DNA of 64,000 bases from Hemiscyllium ocellatum (Eukaryota): assembly GCF_020745735.1 (NCBI RefSeq), contig NC_083403.1, positions 74,681,003 through 74,745,002 of the forward strand. Reading direction: 5' to 3'. Under the pieces are notes generated by a model. It saw nothing but the letters and a program-made list of their open reading frames with translations, had not been told where the DNA came from and searched no databases. Position 1 is the stretch's first letter. The number at the start of each line of letters is the position of its first letter. Shown here one piece after another: positions 34,601 to 49,600 of the stretch. A program made the position numbers and the translations under genes.

Positions 34601-37600
34601 TGTATTGAAGGAAGTATAGATGTTAAAATTTGAAGCCTTATGAAACGTTGTGGTGAAGAATTAATTTCTTGATAGAGTATATTCCTCAGATCTTATATGA
34701 GGTGTTACAAGAGAATTAGAGCTGTCTAAGTAACAATGCAATTTATTTCCCCCAAAGACTGCCAATTGCTTGTAACAGGGACCTTGCTAAATGTGAAAAG
34801 CTGCCTTCTTTCTCGGCTGATAGTCAGAAATCCATATCTTTCAGTCATTTGGTTTTATGTTGGAACAAATTTCCTTGCCTGTGCTTGAACTGATTTTCCA
34901 TACTATACTCTGTCCTGGCAGTAGGTTGTGTATGCGTCGCTTGCGCTGGGTCTTGATTGATGGTTTGTTTAGAAGATCTTGAATTCTAATTAATATCTGC
35001 TTAATAATAATCGCAAGTCTCCAATCCTTATTTTCCTCTAGAATGAATAGACACACAATACCAGAGAGATACACATTTGGTGGAATATTGGGGGCTCAAG
35101 TTCACACTTTGGTGACGATGAGGGGTAGTTATCTTCAAAGAACATTCAAACCTTATACTTCCCACCTTTGCATAACATTGCCTTTTCACTTGGAATAACA
35201 CATTCCCAGTTCATTATGTTTAAAATACCATCTGGATTCTACTGCAACAAAGCCAAAAGGGTGATGCTTTCCCTAGGCATCTTTTTCTTGTTCAGATCGA
35301 CTCAATTCCAGGCATAGTTTTACTTCAATAGTCCCCTTCAGTGGGGCGGAGATGGGGAAGGGCAGTTATAGATTTATAGAGATGTACAGCATAGAAACAG
35401 ACTCTTCGGTCCAACCCGTCCATGCTGACCAGATATCCCAACCCAATCTAGTCCCACCTGCCAGCAGTTTCTCCTGGGGACAGAGCTAAAGCAACTGTTT
35501 TTTCTTCTGCTCCCTCTTTCTCATGTGACTCATTTGCATCTATGAACAACGCCACCTGCAAGTTCCCCTCTAAGCCACTCACCATCGTGTCTTGAAATAT
35601 ATAGCCATTCTTTACTGTTGCTGAGTCAAAATCCTGGAATCCCTCCCTAATGGCATTGTTGGGCAATCTATAGCACATGGACTGTAGCTGTTCAAAAAGG
35701 AGCTCACCACCACCTTCTCAAGGGCAACTAGGGATAGGCAATAAACGGTAGCCAGCCAGCAATGCCCACATCCCATGAAAAAATAAAAAAGAGAAAAACT
35801 GATTCACTGGTGATGGGAGTGGGGTGGATGGATTATAGGTGCTGTGAGACAGTACATTCCCTTAGCCTCGATTTATTCAGCTCAGCCTCATTGTTAAGGG
35901 CTTCCAGCATCACTGCCACTATGCTCTGCAACTCTTATAAATTGTCAGCTTTGTCACCACCCTCCTGATTTTAAGGCTGCCCTTAAAACACGTTTTCAAC
36001 CAAGCTTTCGGTTACTGTAATAATGTTTCCTGTGGTTTGGTGTATATTTTCCATTTGCTTCAGTGAGATGCCATGGGGCATTACTCTCATTAATAGATAC
36101 TATGTGAATCTTGTATTTGTACTTTAAGGAGCTGTAATGCCACTGATATCAAATCTTATGTGATAAGACAAATAATGAAAAAAATACAGAAGTCACAAGC
36201 CCTTGCATCTTCAGCTATAGTTCATCTAGAAATGAACAGGATTTGGTATCACAAGTGTCCAAGTGGATGTGCAGTTCATAGAGTCATGGAGATGTACAGC
36301 ATGGAAACAGACCCTTCGGTCCAACTTGTCCATGCCAACCAGATATCCCAACCCAATCTAGTCCCACCTGCCAACACCTGACACATATCCCTCCAAACCC
36401 TTGTTATTCATACACTCATCCAGGTGCCTTTTAAATGTTGCAGTTATACCAGCCTCCACCACTTCCTCTGACAGCTCATTCCACATGCGTGCCACCCTCT
36501 GCGTGAAAAAGTTGCCCCTTACATCTCTCTCATATCTTTCCCCTCTCACCCTAAACCTATGCCCTCTAGTTCTGAACTTCCCCACCCCAGGGAAAAGACT
36601 TTGTCTATTTACCCTAGCCAAGTCCCCTCATGATTTTATAAACCTTGAAAAGGTCAACCCTCAACCTCCGACACTCCAGGGAAAACAGCCCCAGCCTATT
36701 CAGCCTCTTCCTATAGCTCAAATCCTCCAATCCTGGCAACATCCTTGTAAATCTTTTCTGAACCTTTTCAAGTTTCACAACATCTTTCCGATAGGAAGGA
36801 GACCAGAATTGCACGTATGTTGTTATTCGATTTAGACTTGGTTCGTGATTCATGGAGCACCTTGAGTTTCTGTGGGATTTGACACTAGAACTGTTACAAA
36901 TTTATTTTTTATTCATTTATGGGATGTGTTTTGCTGGCTAGGCCAGCATTTGTTACCCATTCCTAATTGTCCAGAGGGTAGTTAAGAGTCAACCATGTTC
37001 CCTTGGGTTTGGAGTCACATGTTGGCCAGACCATGTAAGGATAGCAGTTTCCTTCCCTAAAGGACATTAGTGAGCTAGATGAGGTTTTCCAACAAGTGAC
37101 AATGCTTTTATAATCATTAGACTTTTAATTCCACATTTCTGTTAAATTCCGATTCACCGTCTGCCTATGTGGGATTCAAACGCAGATCACTGGAACATTA
37201 CCAGGATCTCTGAATAAGTAATTCAGTGATAATACCACTAGACGGTCACCTCTTAAAATCATCTATGTAATATATCAGATTGTCTGTCTGATTAACAAGG
37301 CTTCTCTACCTCTTGCATTTGAAGTTTTATTTCTAGTTATATTTTTTGATATAGTTTTCACTTTCTTCTAAATAGGAGTGAAAAGTTGTAATTTAGGAAA
37401 TGTTTGCAGTTTTAAAGCACATTTTATTGCAGGGTGATGAATGTAGATGTTCAAATTCCTGTAACATTCAACAAAATTTACAAATTTCCGAGATGTGAGG
37501 TTCAGTTTAATGCCAACATATTTTAATTTAATTCATGTTCACTAAAGTTCTTTTAAAAGCTTCATCAACGTTCCTGACATTCCAAGTATCTTAATGTATA

Positions 37601-40600
37601 AGTTTATTTTTCAGTCCCCGTTCTGGATTCTACACATTCCCTCTGAGGACATGGCAAAAAGAGTCATGAAACGGACAGTGTGTGCCAAGTAGGTAATTCA
37701 TGTCATTCTTATTGATGATCAGAAGTTGGAGAACAATGTTTTCCTCTCTAGTTGTTTATATGTTGCAAAATGACCTATGCTAGTAATGCTAGTTCCTGGC
37801 ATTGGGTCTCTGGTATTCATTATGGTTGGTTGCTGTGAAACATTGTTAAAAATGGGTTGTGTAACACAGTGCATGATACTTGTGGGTAAGGATCAGAGTC
37901 AATAGTTTGGGTGTTGTTGGAAAATCAAAGCATCTGTTATTGCCCAGAATATGGCATTGGTGTTCAGTTCAGTGCATTAATATAAATATGTATTTCAAGC
38001 AATTATGTTTTAGTGCATAGTGGCAAATCCAACTGGCAGCTTTAATTATTTGTTTTCTTGAGTAACCATTGAAAAATTATTTTTGCTTGTCTTCCTGCTC
38101 TCTTCCATTTGTTTTAGCATTTTCAGTTCTAAAAATCCATTTACTGTTTTCCCTTTATTTATTTAGTCTGTCGGGTTATCCAAAGCTCAAATGTTTAAGC
38201 ACAGCTGCACTTTTGTAAAACTTGAATTCCAAGTATTTTCCTGAACTGACATTGGGCTAGAGATTACTGGCATATAGTTATGTGACTTGTCCTTGTTGTT
38301 GCTTTGTTACACCATTACCGATGTTACACCAGTGATGCTAAACAATATATTTGTTTTGTACTTTGTAAATCTCTTTCTGGAAGACTTATCACTAATCTGC
38401 TAACTTGTTTTCTAAACTTTGTTTCCATTTGATTTTTGTCAGATGCTTTTGTATCTTACTGAACTATATTAGTTGTTTACCAGATTTATTAAATTTAGTT
38501 TTTGAAAGTAACAGTCCTTTCCTTGATGGGTGAGAAATGTAGATTGTTTGTGTTTTGAAAAACAATTCCCATTTTAACTATGATATTGGGATTGTTAAAA
38601 TAGCCACATATTATGATGTTCCCACATATCTGCAGAATGTTCAGAAAAATCTTTGAGACAGGTAATTTGTCCAGGTTCCCTTCTTTTTCTTAACACTCTT
38701 TCTGGGTAGAAATAGTCAATCCAATGCACTGGAAGATACTCTGGCAATGTAATAGAATTATTCTGTTAAACTACCATATAACCTTTATATCCTTGTCTAA
38801 CCGTAACCACAAATATATCCCCTTGGTTCAGTTGGTAGCACTACGCCTAAGGAAGGAGGATGTGGGTGCACATGTAACTCTGGCATTTGAGCACAAAAAT
38901 CAAGCCTGATATTTCAGTTTGTTACTGAGTGGGTTACTGCACTGTCAAGAGGTGCTTGTTTTTTGAATGGCTCATTAAACTGAGGGTCTGTGTGTCCACT
39001 CAGGTGAGCATAATTCATCCCATCGCATCCCACTTTCACATTAGGAATGCCCTCTATCATGTTGGATAGTGCTATCACTGTGCTAAATGCGACAGACTAG
39101 CAGACTAACAGGTCGAGCAACTCAAGACTGGCATCCAGGAGGCACTTGACGTTTCGGATATAAGAAAGGCTCCTTGGATGCTGCCTGACCTGCTGCACTT
39201 TTCCAGCAACACATTTTTCAGCTCTGATCTCTAGCATCTGCAGTCCTCACTTTATCCAGGAGGCACTGTGGGCCATCAACAACAGAATTGTACTCCAACA
39301 CAAACTGTAACCTCATGGCTTGGCATATCCCCTGAACAACCATTACTATCAAGCCAGAGATCAATCGTGGTTCAATGAACAGTGCAGGAAGGCATGCCAG
39401 GAGCAGCACCAGACAAAGCTAAAAGTGAGGTGTGAAAACCTGTTGAAGCTACCAAATAGGACTACTTGTGTGCCAAGTAGCATAAGCAGCAAGTGATAGA
39501 CAGAGTGATGTGATCCCACGTAGAGATGTACAGCATGGAAACCGACCCTTCGGTCCAACCTGTCCATGCCAACCAGATATCCCAACCCAATCTAGTCCCA
39601 CCTGCCAGCACCCGGCCCATTTCTCTCCAAACCCTCTTAAATGTTGCAATTGTACCAGCCTCCACCACATCCTCTGTCAGCTCATTTCATACACGTACCA
39701 CTCTGTGTGAAAAAGTTGCCCCTTAGGTCTCTCTTATATCTTTCCCCTCTCACCCTAAACCTATGCCCTTTCGTTCTGGACTCCCCGACCCATCTAATGG
39801 ATCAGACCTAAGCTCTGCAGTCCTGCCACATCCAGTTGTGGATTGTGGTGGACAATTAAACAACACAGTGGAAGCGAAGACTACACATATATCCCAATTG
39901 TAAATGGCGGAAGAACCCAATACATCAGTGAAAAAGATAAAGCTGTACATTCTAAGCAATCTTCAGCCAGACGTGCCATTTAGATGATCCACGTGGGCCT
40001 CCTTCATTGATCCCAGCACCACAGGTACCAGATTTCAGCCAATTCGAGTCACTGCATGTGATATCAAGAAACTTTTGGGGGTACTGGAGACAGAAAGCTT
40101 ATGGGCCCTGACAACATTCTGCCAATAGTACCGAAGATTTGTGCTCCAGAACTTGCCGTTCCCCTAGCCAAGCTGTTCCAGTGCAGTTACAACACTGGCA
40201 TCTACCTGACAATGTGGAAAATTATCCAGGTATGTCCTGGATTCAAAAAGCAGGGCTAATCCAACCCAGCAACTTATTGCCCATCAGTCTAATCTCAATC
40301 ATCAGTAAAGTAATGGGAGGTGCCATCAGCAGTGTTATCAAGTAGCAATTGCTCAGCAATAACCTGCTCAGAGTCACTCGGTTTGGGTCACCAAGGTCCC
40401 TCGGCTCCAGACCTCATTCTAGCCTTCGTTCAAACATGAACAAAAGAACTGAATTCCAGCAGTGAGGTGAGAATGACAGCCCTTGACATCAAGGCTGCAT
40501 TTGACCGTGTGCAACATCAAAGAACCTTAGCAAAACTGGAATCAATGGTTATCCAGTAAAACCTTCCACTGGTTTGCGTCATGCCTGACACATTGGGTGC

Positions 40601-43600
40601 CACGATGGCTCAGTGGTTAGTACTGTTGCCTCAGTGGCAGGGACCTGGGTTCAGTTCCAGTCTTGAGCATTTGTCTGTGTGGAATTGACACATTCTCCCT
40701 GTGTTTATGTGGGTTTCCTCCAGGTGCTCCAGTTTCCTCCCACAGTGCAAAGATTGTGCAGATTAGGTGAATTGGCAATGCTGACTTGCCCATCGTGTTC
40801 AGGGTTGTGTAGGTTAGGTGTATTAGTCAAGAAACATGTGGAGTAACAGGGTGGGGGAATGGATCTGGGGTGGGCTATTCTTTGGAGGGTAGGTGTGGAC
40901 TTGTTGGGCCAAATAGCCTGTTTTCACACTGTAGGGATTCAATGATCCTATGATCGGAAAATGGTTGTGGTTGTTGGGGGTCAGTCACCTCAGCTGTAGG
41001 ACATCTCTGCTGGAGTTCCTCAGGGTAGTGTCCTAGACCCAACTATCTTTAGCTGCTTCATCAATGATCTTCCCTCCATCATAAAGTCAAAAGTGGGGAT
41101 GTTCGTGGATGATTGTGCAATGTTCAGCACCATTCATTACCCCTAAAATACCAAAGCACTTGTTACGTTTCTTTTACAAGACTGTTTAAATGTTCTGTAC
41201 TTTTCTGTTTTACATGATTGTAAAGTTTGGAACATTGCCTCTTAATTTTCTTTGTGAGTTTTTCATTTCATTGTTTGATGTCCCTTTCCCTTTCTGATGT
41301 ACTGCTACCACATACTTTATTTCTCCTCTTCTCTGATAATATTTTTACACTGGTCATTTCAGGCACACCTTCAATTTCTGTTCTAATTGTTTTATTTGCC
41401 TAACTGTTCCTTCCTAGCTTCAAACATGAATTTTACTTGCAACTTCCAGACATTGAATTAGTTTAAAACATCCCTCATTGCACTGTTTGCCGTCTGAGCA
41501 AATAAATGTTTATGTTGGATTAGTCAAAGCATTTCAATTCAATTCAAGTCTGTCATCTTCCCTTGTTCTAGGATTCATTTCAATGTGCCAAGAATGTGAA
41601 CCCTTCTCTCTCGCATTGGCTACAGCCTCATTTTTCCTTCAATTTTCCATGTGGCAGCCAATGACTATTGAGGTACCACAGGGATCAGTACTTGGAGCCC
41701 AGCTATTCACTGTATATGATTTACATAAGGGAACTAAATTTAATGTCCCAAGTTTGCAGATGACATAAAGCTGGGTGGGATGGTGAACTGTGAAGAGTAT
41801 ACAGAGATGCAAACAGGAAAGCAGATGATCTGAGTGATATTTGATTGGGAAAGGGAGAGTTGCAACATGTCTTGAGGTACACTAGTCGCTGAATGTAGCA
41901 TGCTGACATAGAGATAGTGAAGAAGACCAATGTAATATTGGCCTTTATAGTGAGAGGATTCAAGTACAGGAGTAGGAGTGTCTTGCTGCATTTGTACAAG
42001 CCCTCGGTGAGACCACACCTGGACCATTGTGTGCAGTTTTGGTCTCATTGTCTGAGGAAGGATCTTCTGGCTTTGGAGGGAGTGCAATGAAGGTTTACCA
42101 GATTGATTCCTGAGATGTTTGAAGAGAGCATGGATTAGTTAGAACTATATTCACTTTGGTTTAGAAGAATGAGGGGGAATTAAGCTGGTACAATTTGCAA
42201 TATTTAAATGGCATCTAGATGGGTGTATGAATTGGAAGGGTTTAGAGGGATATGGACCAAGAGCTGGTAAAATGGGACTAGATTAGGTTACGATATCTGG
42301 TCAGAATGGACGAGTTGGACCGAAAGATTTGTTTCTGTGCTGTACATCTCTGTGACTGTATGACTCTAAACCTATAAAATTCTAACAGACCTAGACAGGG
42401 TAAATGAGAGACAGATGCTTCAAGTGACTGGAGAGTCTCAGCCTAAGGATACTGGGTAGACCATTTCAGACTGAGATGAGAAATTTCTTTTACCCTGAGT
42501 GTGACAAACCTGTGGAATTCTCTGTGACAAAAAGAAGTCAAGGTCAAAACATTGAATGTTTTCAAGAAGGAATTAGAAGTGGTTCTTAGGGCTACAGGGA
42601 TCAAAGAATATGGGAATAAAGTTGGAACATCATCAGCTGTGATCATATTGAATAGTGAAGCAGGTGAAAAGGGTCAAAAGGGCAGTAGTGTGTCGCAAAG
42701 GATTACTCCAATACTTTTTTCAGTTATCGATTAGAGCTCTGCCATGTCCCATTGACTGGGCCCTACTGGCTACTGTTGGACATTTAGAGGCTTGATTACT
42801 GTCCTGGTGGCAGGGGGAGGCATGGATTTCTTGCGAACTGAGGCTTTTCTTTGATCTGAGCTATAGTAAACCCATCACAAAGTGCAGCTCTTGCCATCAG
42901 TCCCAGTTCCTAATGTCTTTGCATTCCCAACTGAACTATGTAAACAAAATTAAGGTGTGAAGCTAGAACTGTTCCTCATTGCCTCATTTTGTATATAACC
43001 AATGGCCCATTTTCCATTGGTTATATACAAATTCTTTTCCCCAACATCATCACCTTGTGGAAGCACTGAGGATTTTCAGATAACGTGAAGGGGCATTGTT
43101 CCAGGTAGGTTGTTTGCTGCACCCTTTCTCTGACCTTTGTGCCTTGATGTGGGTGTTGCCTTAGTGAAAGCATTGGGAAATTTGGTCCTTTTATCTTTTA
43201 AGGAAAACTTTTACAATATGATGGTTAACGAGAATTACTAATGGAATTACAGTTATGGTATTGCTACTGGTGTTTCAGCTAGATCACTGTATGGCATCAG
43301 AATCTGTGTTTGAAGAAGTTGTTTTGGACACAACAACCATGCTTTACTTTGCAGATCAATATTTGAGTTGTGGGGTCAAGGAAGAACACATGAAGAACTT
43401 TATAACTCACTGAAAAATTATCCTGCAGACAGAATGGTGTGTATGCACAGGAACCATCTACATTGCCTTGTGTATATTGCTAAAACTATAGGTCTGAATT
43501 AAATTAACCATATTTATTTTTTCTACTTCAGATCCCATTCCTTCAATGTGGTTCAACCTATCAGATAACGGTTTATGCGTTCAATAAAACACTGACACAA

Positions 43601-46600
43601 AAAGAGAGGATTCAAAAGATAGATGTATGTATGATATTTCTTCAATCTACTGTCTAAGGTTTAGCTGATGTTTCTTTTCTCACCAATATTGATTAATTTA
43701 GAAGTTTGAGAATATTAAGATAGTGAAAATAGCTTCCTCAATGCCTCAGTTGGTAACTAATTGCTAAGTGTGTAACTAATGGCACATGCTGTCAAGGTTT
43801 TTCATTCTTGTTCCTCACTAGATTCAATGGTCAGAAGGTGGCACAAAAATTGTTTTCAACACATCTAGGTTAAAGTGGGAGAAGTGATTCCTGCAAAATA
43901 TGTGGGATGAGGTCAGACTGTACTGATGGTGTTCATAATAGCTAACTGTTGGCACCATCTTACCACACAAATAGAAAAATGAGAACTTGAATAAAGTTTC
44001 AGATGCCAATTGTGGTTTTAGAACATGACTCCCAATCTTTGGGACAGATGAGAGATAGATGATTTACCTAAGACTTGCTTTATTTATGGTAGCCACTTCT
44101 GCTCAAATTTGATACACTTGTGAAAATAATGGAAGATTTTATGTAATAATTTGCTCTGGGAAAATCTTTAATCTTCTCAATGTTTTGACTTGCTATTCTT
44201 ATTATACATTTTCATCAATAATTTAAGGAAATGTCTTTTTCTTCAGCCAATAGAATTACAGAGTCCCTCAAGTGTGGAAGCAGGCCTTTTGGCCTGTTGA
44301 GTCCACACCAACCCTCCAACAGCATCCCACCAAGATCCACTCCCCTACCCTATCCCTGAAATCCTGCATTTCCCATGGCTAATCCACCTAGCCTGTACAT
44401 CCCTAGACATTATGGACAATTTTGCATGTCCAGTCCACCTAGCCTGCACATCTTTGGATTGAGAGAGGAAACCAGAACACCTGGAGGAAACCCACACTGA
44501 CACAGCGAATGTGTAAACTCCACACAGACAGTCACCTGAGGTTGGAACTGAATCAGGATCCCTAGGGGTGTGAGGCAGCAATGCTAACCACCGAGCCACT
44601 GTGCTGCCTATACTATATAACTACTTAACTAATCTCACAGTCTAACTTCTTGTCAAGAATGCTGAAAGCAGCAAATATTTTAAGTAAGTTTGAAGACCAT
44701 AAGAAATAGGATCATGAGTGAGTCGTTTGGTCCCTCGAGTCTGCTCCATCCTTCAACTGGATCATGGTTCATCCGACATTCTCATATCCACTTCTCTGTG
44801 TTTTCCCTGTAACTCTTGATTTCCCCTACTGATCAAGAGTCTATCTATCTCGGCCTTAAATATGCACAAAGATTCTGCTCCCACACCTCTCCGTATTCAA
44901 GCAGGAGGCTGGAAGAGCACAACAAGCCAGGCAGCATCAGGAGGTGGAGAAATCAACATTTCGGGTATAACCCTTCTTCAGCTCTCTTTGGCAAGGAGTT
45001 TTAAAGACCTTCAACTCTCTGAGAAAACAAACTACTCTATCTTAAATTATCACCCATTAACTCTAAGCTGTGCCTTCTTATCCTAGACTCTCCCATGAGG
45101 ACAAATGTCCTCTCATCATTTACTGTCTCAAGGTTTTTAAGGATCCTATATGTTTCAATGAGATTACCTCTCAATCTTTTAAATTCCAGTAAGTCGAGTC
45201 CCAACCTGTTTAGCCTTTGCGCATCAGACAATCCCCCCACATCAGGGATCATCCGTGTGAACCTTCTCTGAACTTCCTCCACCAAAATTGTATTTTTGCA
45301 TAATTAAGAGGGCCAAAACCGCACTCAGTACTCCAGCTGTAGTCTCACCAACAGTTGTAGTCACACTTCCCTCCTCTTGTATTCCAACCCTCTTGAAATG
45401 AGGCCCAGAATTCCATTAGCCCTCCTGATTTTTTGCTTACGCCTATATGCTCACTTTATGTTTCGTGTTTAAGTATCTCCATGAAAATATTTATGCCTGG
45501 ATTTGCCTTGCTTTTTAACACTTTCAGTTACACTCTTATCAGTGCAGGGTGACACTTGCGAAGATAGATAGTAAACCTCAACTTACATCGATTATATTTA
45601 ATTATTTCCTTGTTGCTACTATCATTGGTAGAGACCTGGGAGTAGGCTATCTACCTAATTGACCAGTGTTAGCAGGAAGTATGAGAAGAAAAATGAATAT
45701 TCATAAAAATATTATTTGTAGAATAGCCAGCCAACATTATGGCTGTTGCATGACTTGCCTCAATGTTCTGCCCTTCCATCATTGCTAGTCTGTGCCTATT
45801 GTGTGGGCAGCTACAGGATATACTGCAGAAACTGACCATCTTCCAGCTTCCACCTCAGTCACCTTTTCTATCAACATGGCAATTGTATGAGTTGCTTTTT
45901 CAAAGGACGGTGATGGAAGCAACTCTTAATGATATAATGGCTCATGAAATACTGTGTCCCGTACTAGTTGCTCAGTTATGCAAAGGATATTATTAGGCTG
46001 GAGAGGGTTCAGAAGAGACTTACCAGGATGTTGCTGGGCATGGAACGTTTGACTTAGGCTGGATAGGCTGGGAATTTTTCGCTAGAGTGTAGGAGGTTGA
46101 GAGGCAACCTTCTAGAAGTTTAGAAAATAATGAGTATAGATCGAGTTAATGGTAGTTGCCTTTTCTGTAAGATGGGGGATTTCAAAACCAGGGTGCACAC
46201 TTTTGATGTGAGAGGAGAGAGGTTTCTAAAAAAAAAGACATGAGGGCAATCTTTTTACATAGAGAGTAGTTAATGTGTGGAATGAACTTCTAATGAAATG
46301 GTGGATGGGGGTTCAATTTCACCACTTAAAAGATATTTGGATAAGTATATAAATAGGAAAGGTTTGGAGGGATAGGGGCCAGGAGCAAGCGGGTGGGACT
46401 AGTTTATTTTGAGATTATGCTTGGCATGGACTGGTTGGATTGAAGGGTCTGTTTCTATGCTGTATGACTGTATGATACAAACATCACTGGTAGTAATGCT
46501 GTCACATCTAAGTGACAAATTGTTCAGAATTGGACATATATTCATATTCCTTCATAATTGTTGGATCAATATTCTTGTATTATCTACCTTCACGATTGTT

Positions 46601-49600
46601 ATAAGCACCTCACTACAAGGACTAAAGTGCCTCAAGGAGAAGACCCAGTATTATCATCTTGGGGCAACTAGCAGTGGATATCATTCCATGCTTTCCAGTG
46701 TCACTCCGATCGTGAGAGAACATCAGGTAGAAACACCAGGAGCTAGAGTGGGAATGTGTAAGATGCACGTGTGTTAGGAAAGGACTGATTAGAACTTGCT
46801 GTCAGGTCAGAGTGAGTCATTGGGAGAGGGTGACTGCTGGTTTGAAGAATTGCATTTGTTGAAGAAAAATAACAAAAGATCCTTTGATCTAGGGGTAAGG
46901 TGAGGGTAATCTTTTGTTTATGGGACTTGCTAGTCAGTCCGAGGTTCAGTGTTCAATTCATTTGTGAAATACATGATGACTCTTCATTGGGAAAGTAACT
47001 ACGCAACTGCCAGGTAGTGTGAGACACCAAGCTGAGACGCCAGTGGTTGATGAAAAGGACCTACTGCTTTTGCCTAGCCTGGCCTATTTATGTCTTCAGC
47101 CCCTCACTACACAGGTGACTCTTCAGCCTCTTGTGCATCGAGGGATGTGTAATTTCAGTATCATTCACATCTCATTCCAAGGACAAAATAAAAGGGTGTC
47201 CACAGAAAGAGAGAATCTGGTGTGTTTATGTTAAGTTGCTGCACATTAGCATAAGGATAAATACTGTCACTGACAACCCCCACTGTCAACATCCTGAGAA
47301 TTGCCATTGACCAGAAACTGAACTGGACTAGCCTTATAAATACAATGACTATAACAACAAGACAGAAGCTAGGAATTTTGCAGGGACAAACTGGCCTCCT
47401 GTCACTTCAAAACCTGTTCATTATCAACATGGCATAAATCAGCAATGGATGGAGTACACCTCACTTGCCTGGATGAGTTCAGCCCCAACAACACTCTAGC
47501 TTAAGGCCACCAAGGACAAGGCAGTTGTCTTGATTTGCATCACATCCACAAACATTCAATCATTCCACCATTGACACACAGTAGCAACTGTGTGTACTGT
47601 CTACAAGACGTACTACAGAAGTTCACCAAAAATCCTTAGACAGCACCTTCCAAACCCACGACCACTTCCGTCTGGAAGAACAAGGGCATCAGATACATGG
47701 GAATATCACCACCAGCATGTCCCCCTCCAACCCACTCACCATCTTGACTTGGAAATGTATTGCTATTCCTTCACTGTTGCTGGGTCAAAATCCTGGAGCT
47801 CCCTCTCTAATGTCATTGTGGGTGTACCTACAGCACATGGACTGCAGCAGTTTAAGAAAGCAGCTCACCCACCACCTTCTCAAAAGCACCTAGGGAAGGG
47901 CAAGAAATGCTGGCCCTGCCAACAATGTCCACAAGTAAATACAAAAATCTCACCAAGCCTGAATTTTCCTACTGAAACTGTGGTTATAATTCACCTATGT
48001 CTTATAATTAAAAAGGTGGCCTTCAATGCTTTATAAATATTAGAAAGTAAGAGTGAGGCCTGGGCCATTCCATAAGACGATTATACAAGGTACTGGGTAC
48101 TGTCTTTATCACAAGACTAACATGCCAACCAATGCATTGGTCTAATAATCTCAAGTTGTCAAAATGTAAAAAAAGTTCTGTTGAACATGTGATTTTGTCT
48201 CAAATGTTATTTCATGTTCTTTACAGAGTTTAGACTTTCTTCCCTTTCAAGGAACAGTGAATCTAAAGAATCCAGAGCATGTGTTTTGGTTACTTGAAGA
48301 CTATGGCACAGACCCGAATAACGCTCCAGAGCAACCCTTTTCTATTTACTTTGGAAGATGGGTGAGATTTGTAGAATAATTTCCTCTGTGGAAATTTATT
48401 ATTCATTGATATTAACATTTTTGTATTCTTCCCTCACTGGATGAATGTCCTGTTTGACGTTCAAACAAGAAAATGTCTGAAGTTTTAACCCCTCATCAAT
48501 ACTGGTTTAGTTGGTCTGAACATGATTGGTAGTGGAATGGCTCAATTGACCTCCATGCTTAACCTGTGGGGGGACCTACCCTGCCAGGATACCTACTGTA
48601 ACATGTGGTTTAAATAAAAATGAAAATAGATATTTAGTATTTTTATGTGATGACTTGCATTGTTAAGTAGCCTGTAAACACTTGAGGGCTCAAAACCCTG
48701 TTTTGCATTTGGTTTATGAGGGTTTTGGTTATTGGAGTGAGTGAAAACTAGCACAGGGTTTTTTTTATGCTGGTCTCCATCCTATGAGTCCTGAACTAAA
48801 GTTTTCCTTAGCTAAAAGAGTTGGGTACTTTGTCTGTTTTTCCTTCGTGGGATTGCTGCGATGATATGGCCAATGGAATTCCTTCCCATCATGCATCTGG
48901 TTTCCCTAGTACACTGTACATTTTGAATGAAGCAGGTGTGCAGTACTTTAAGGCAGTGATGCTCTTGACGCTATTACTGCAGTGAATGATAAAACTGGCA
49001 TTCCACCAAAAGGGCCCCATTGTGCTAACTTTCTTCCATTTGCTTCAGTGACTGTTCAACACCAGAAGTTCAACTTCCTCCTCCTCATTCAGCTGTGTCT
49101 CTGCATGGTAGGTAGTTGCCTACTTCATATAAATACCTGATCCTGGGAATTGTAGTGGAGGCAGGGTTATAACTCTGTGGTGATCTTGCTCCATTCCATT
49201 ATGTCAGCAGAACAGGAGCATGAGCCTTTTTTTCCCCAGACTGTCTAGATACATTCCTGAAGAATGGATAATTGATCAGGAGGGAGCAGGGGATATTTAT
49301 CTACAGCACCCAAAGAATCCGTGTATTCAAGGGAAGTGGAGGCCAGTTAGAAGGTTTAAAAACAAAAATTTCCTCTGTTAAATAATTTAAGTAATTGTAA
49401 GTAGTTGGCAGAATTCCATCATGAGGGATGATGGGAATGCATTCTCAGAACCTTTACATGGTTAGGTGAGATCATGTGTTGCACTTTCTGAATAAACTAA
49501 TTTTAGAAGGGTAAACTCTGCTACGAGTCCCCATGTGAAGTTCTCCCTTCCTGATGTTACAGGATAATCTCTGCTTATGCCTTGTTGTGGCGCTAGCTTT

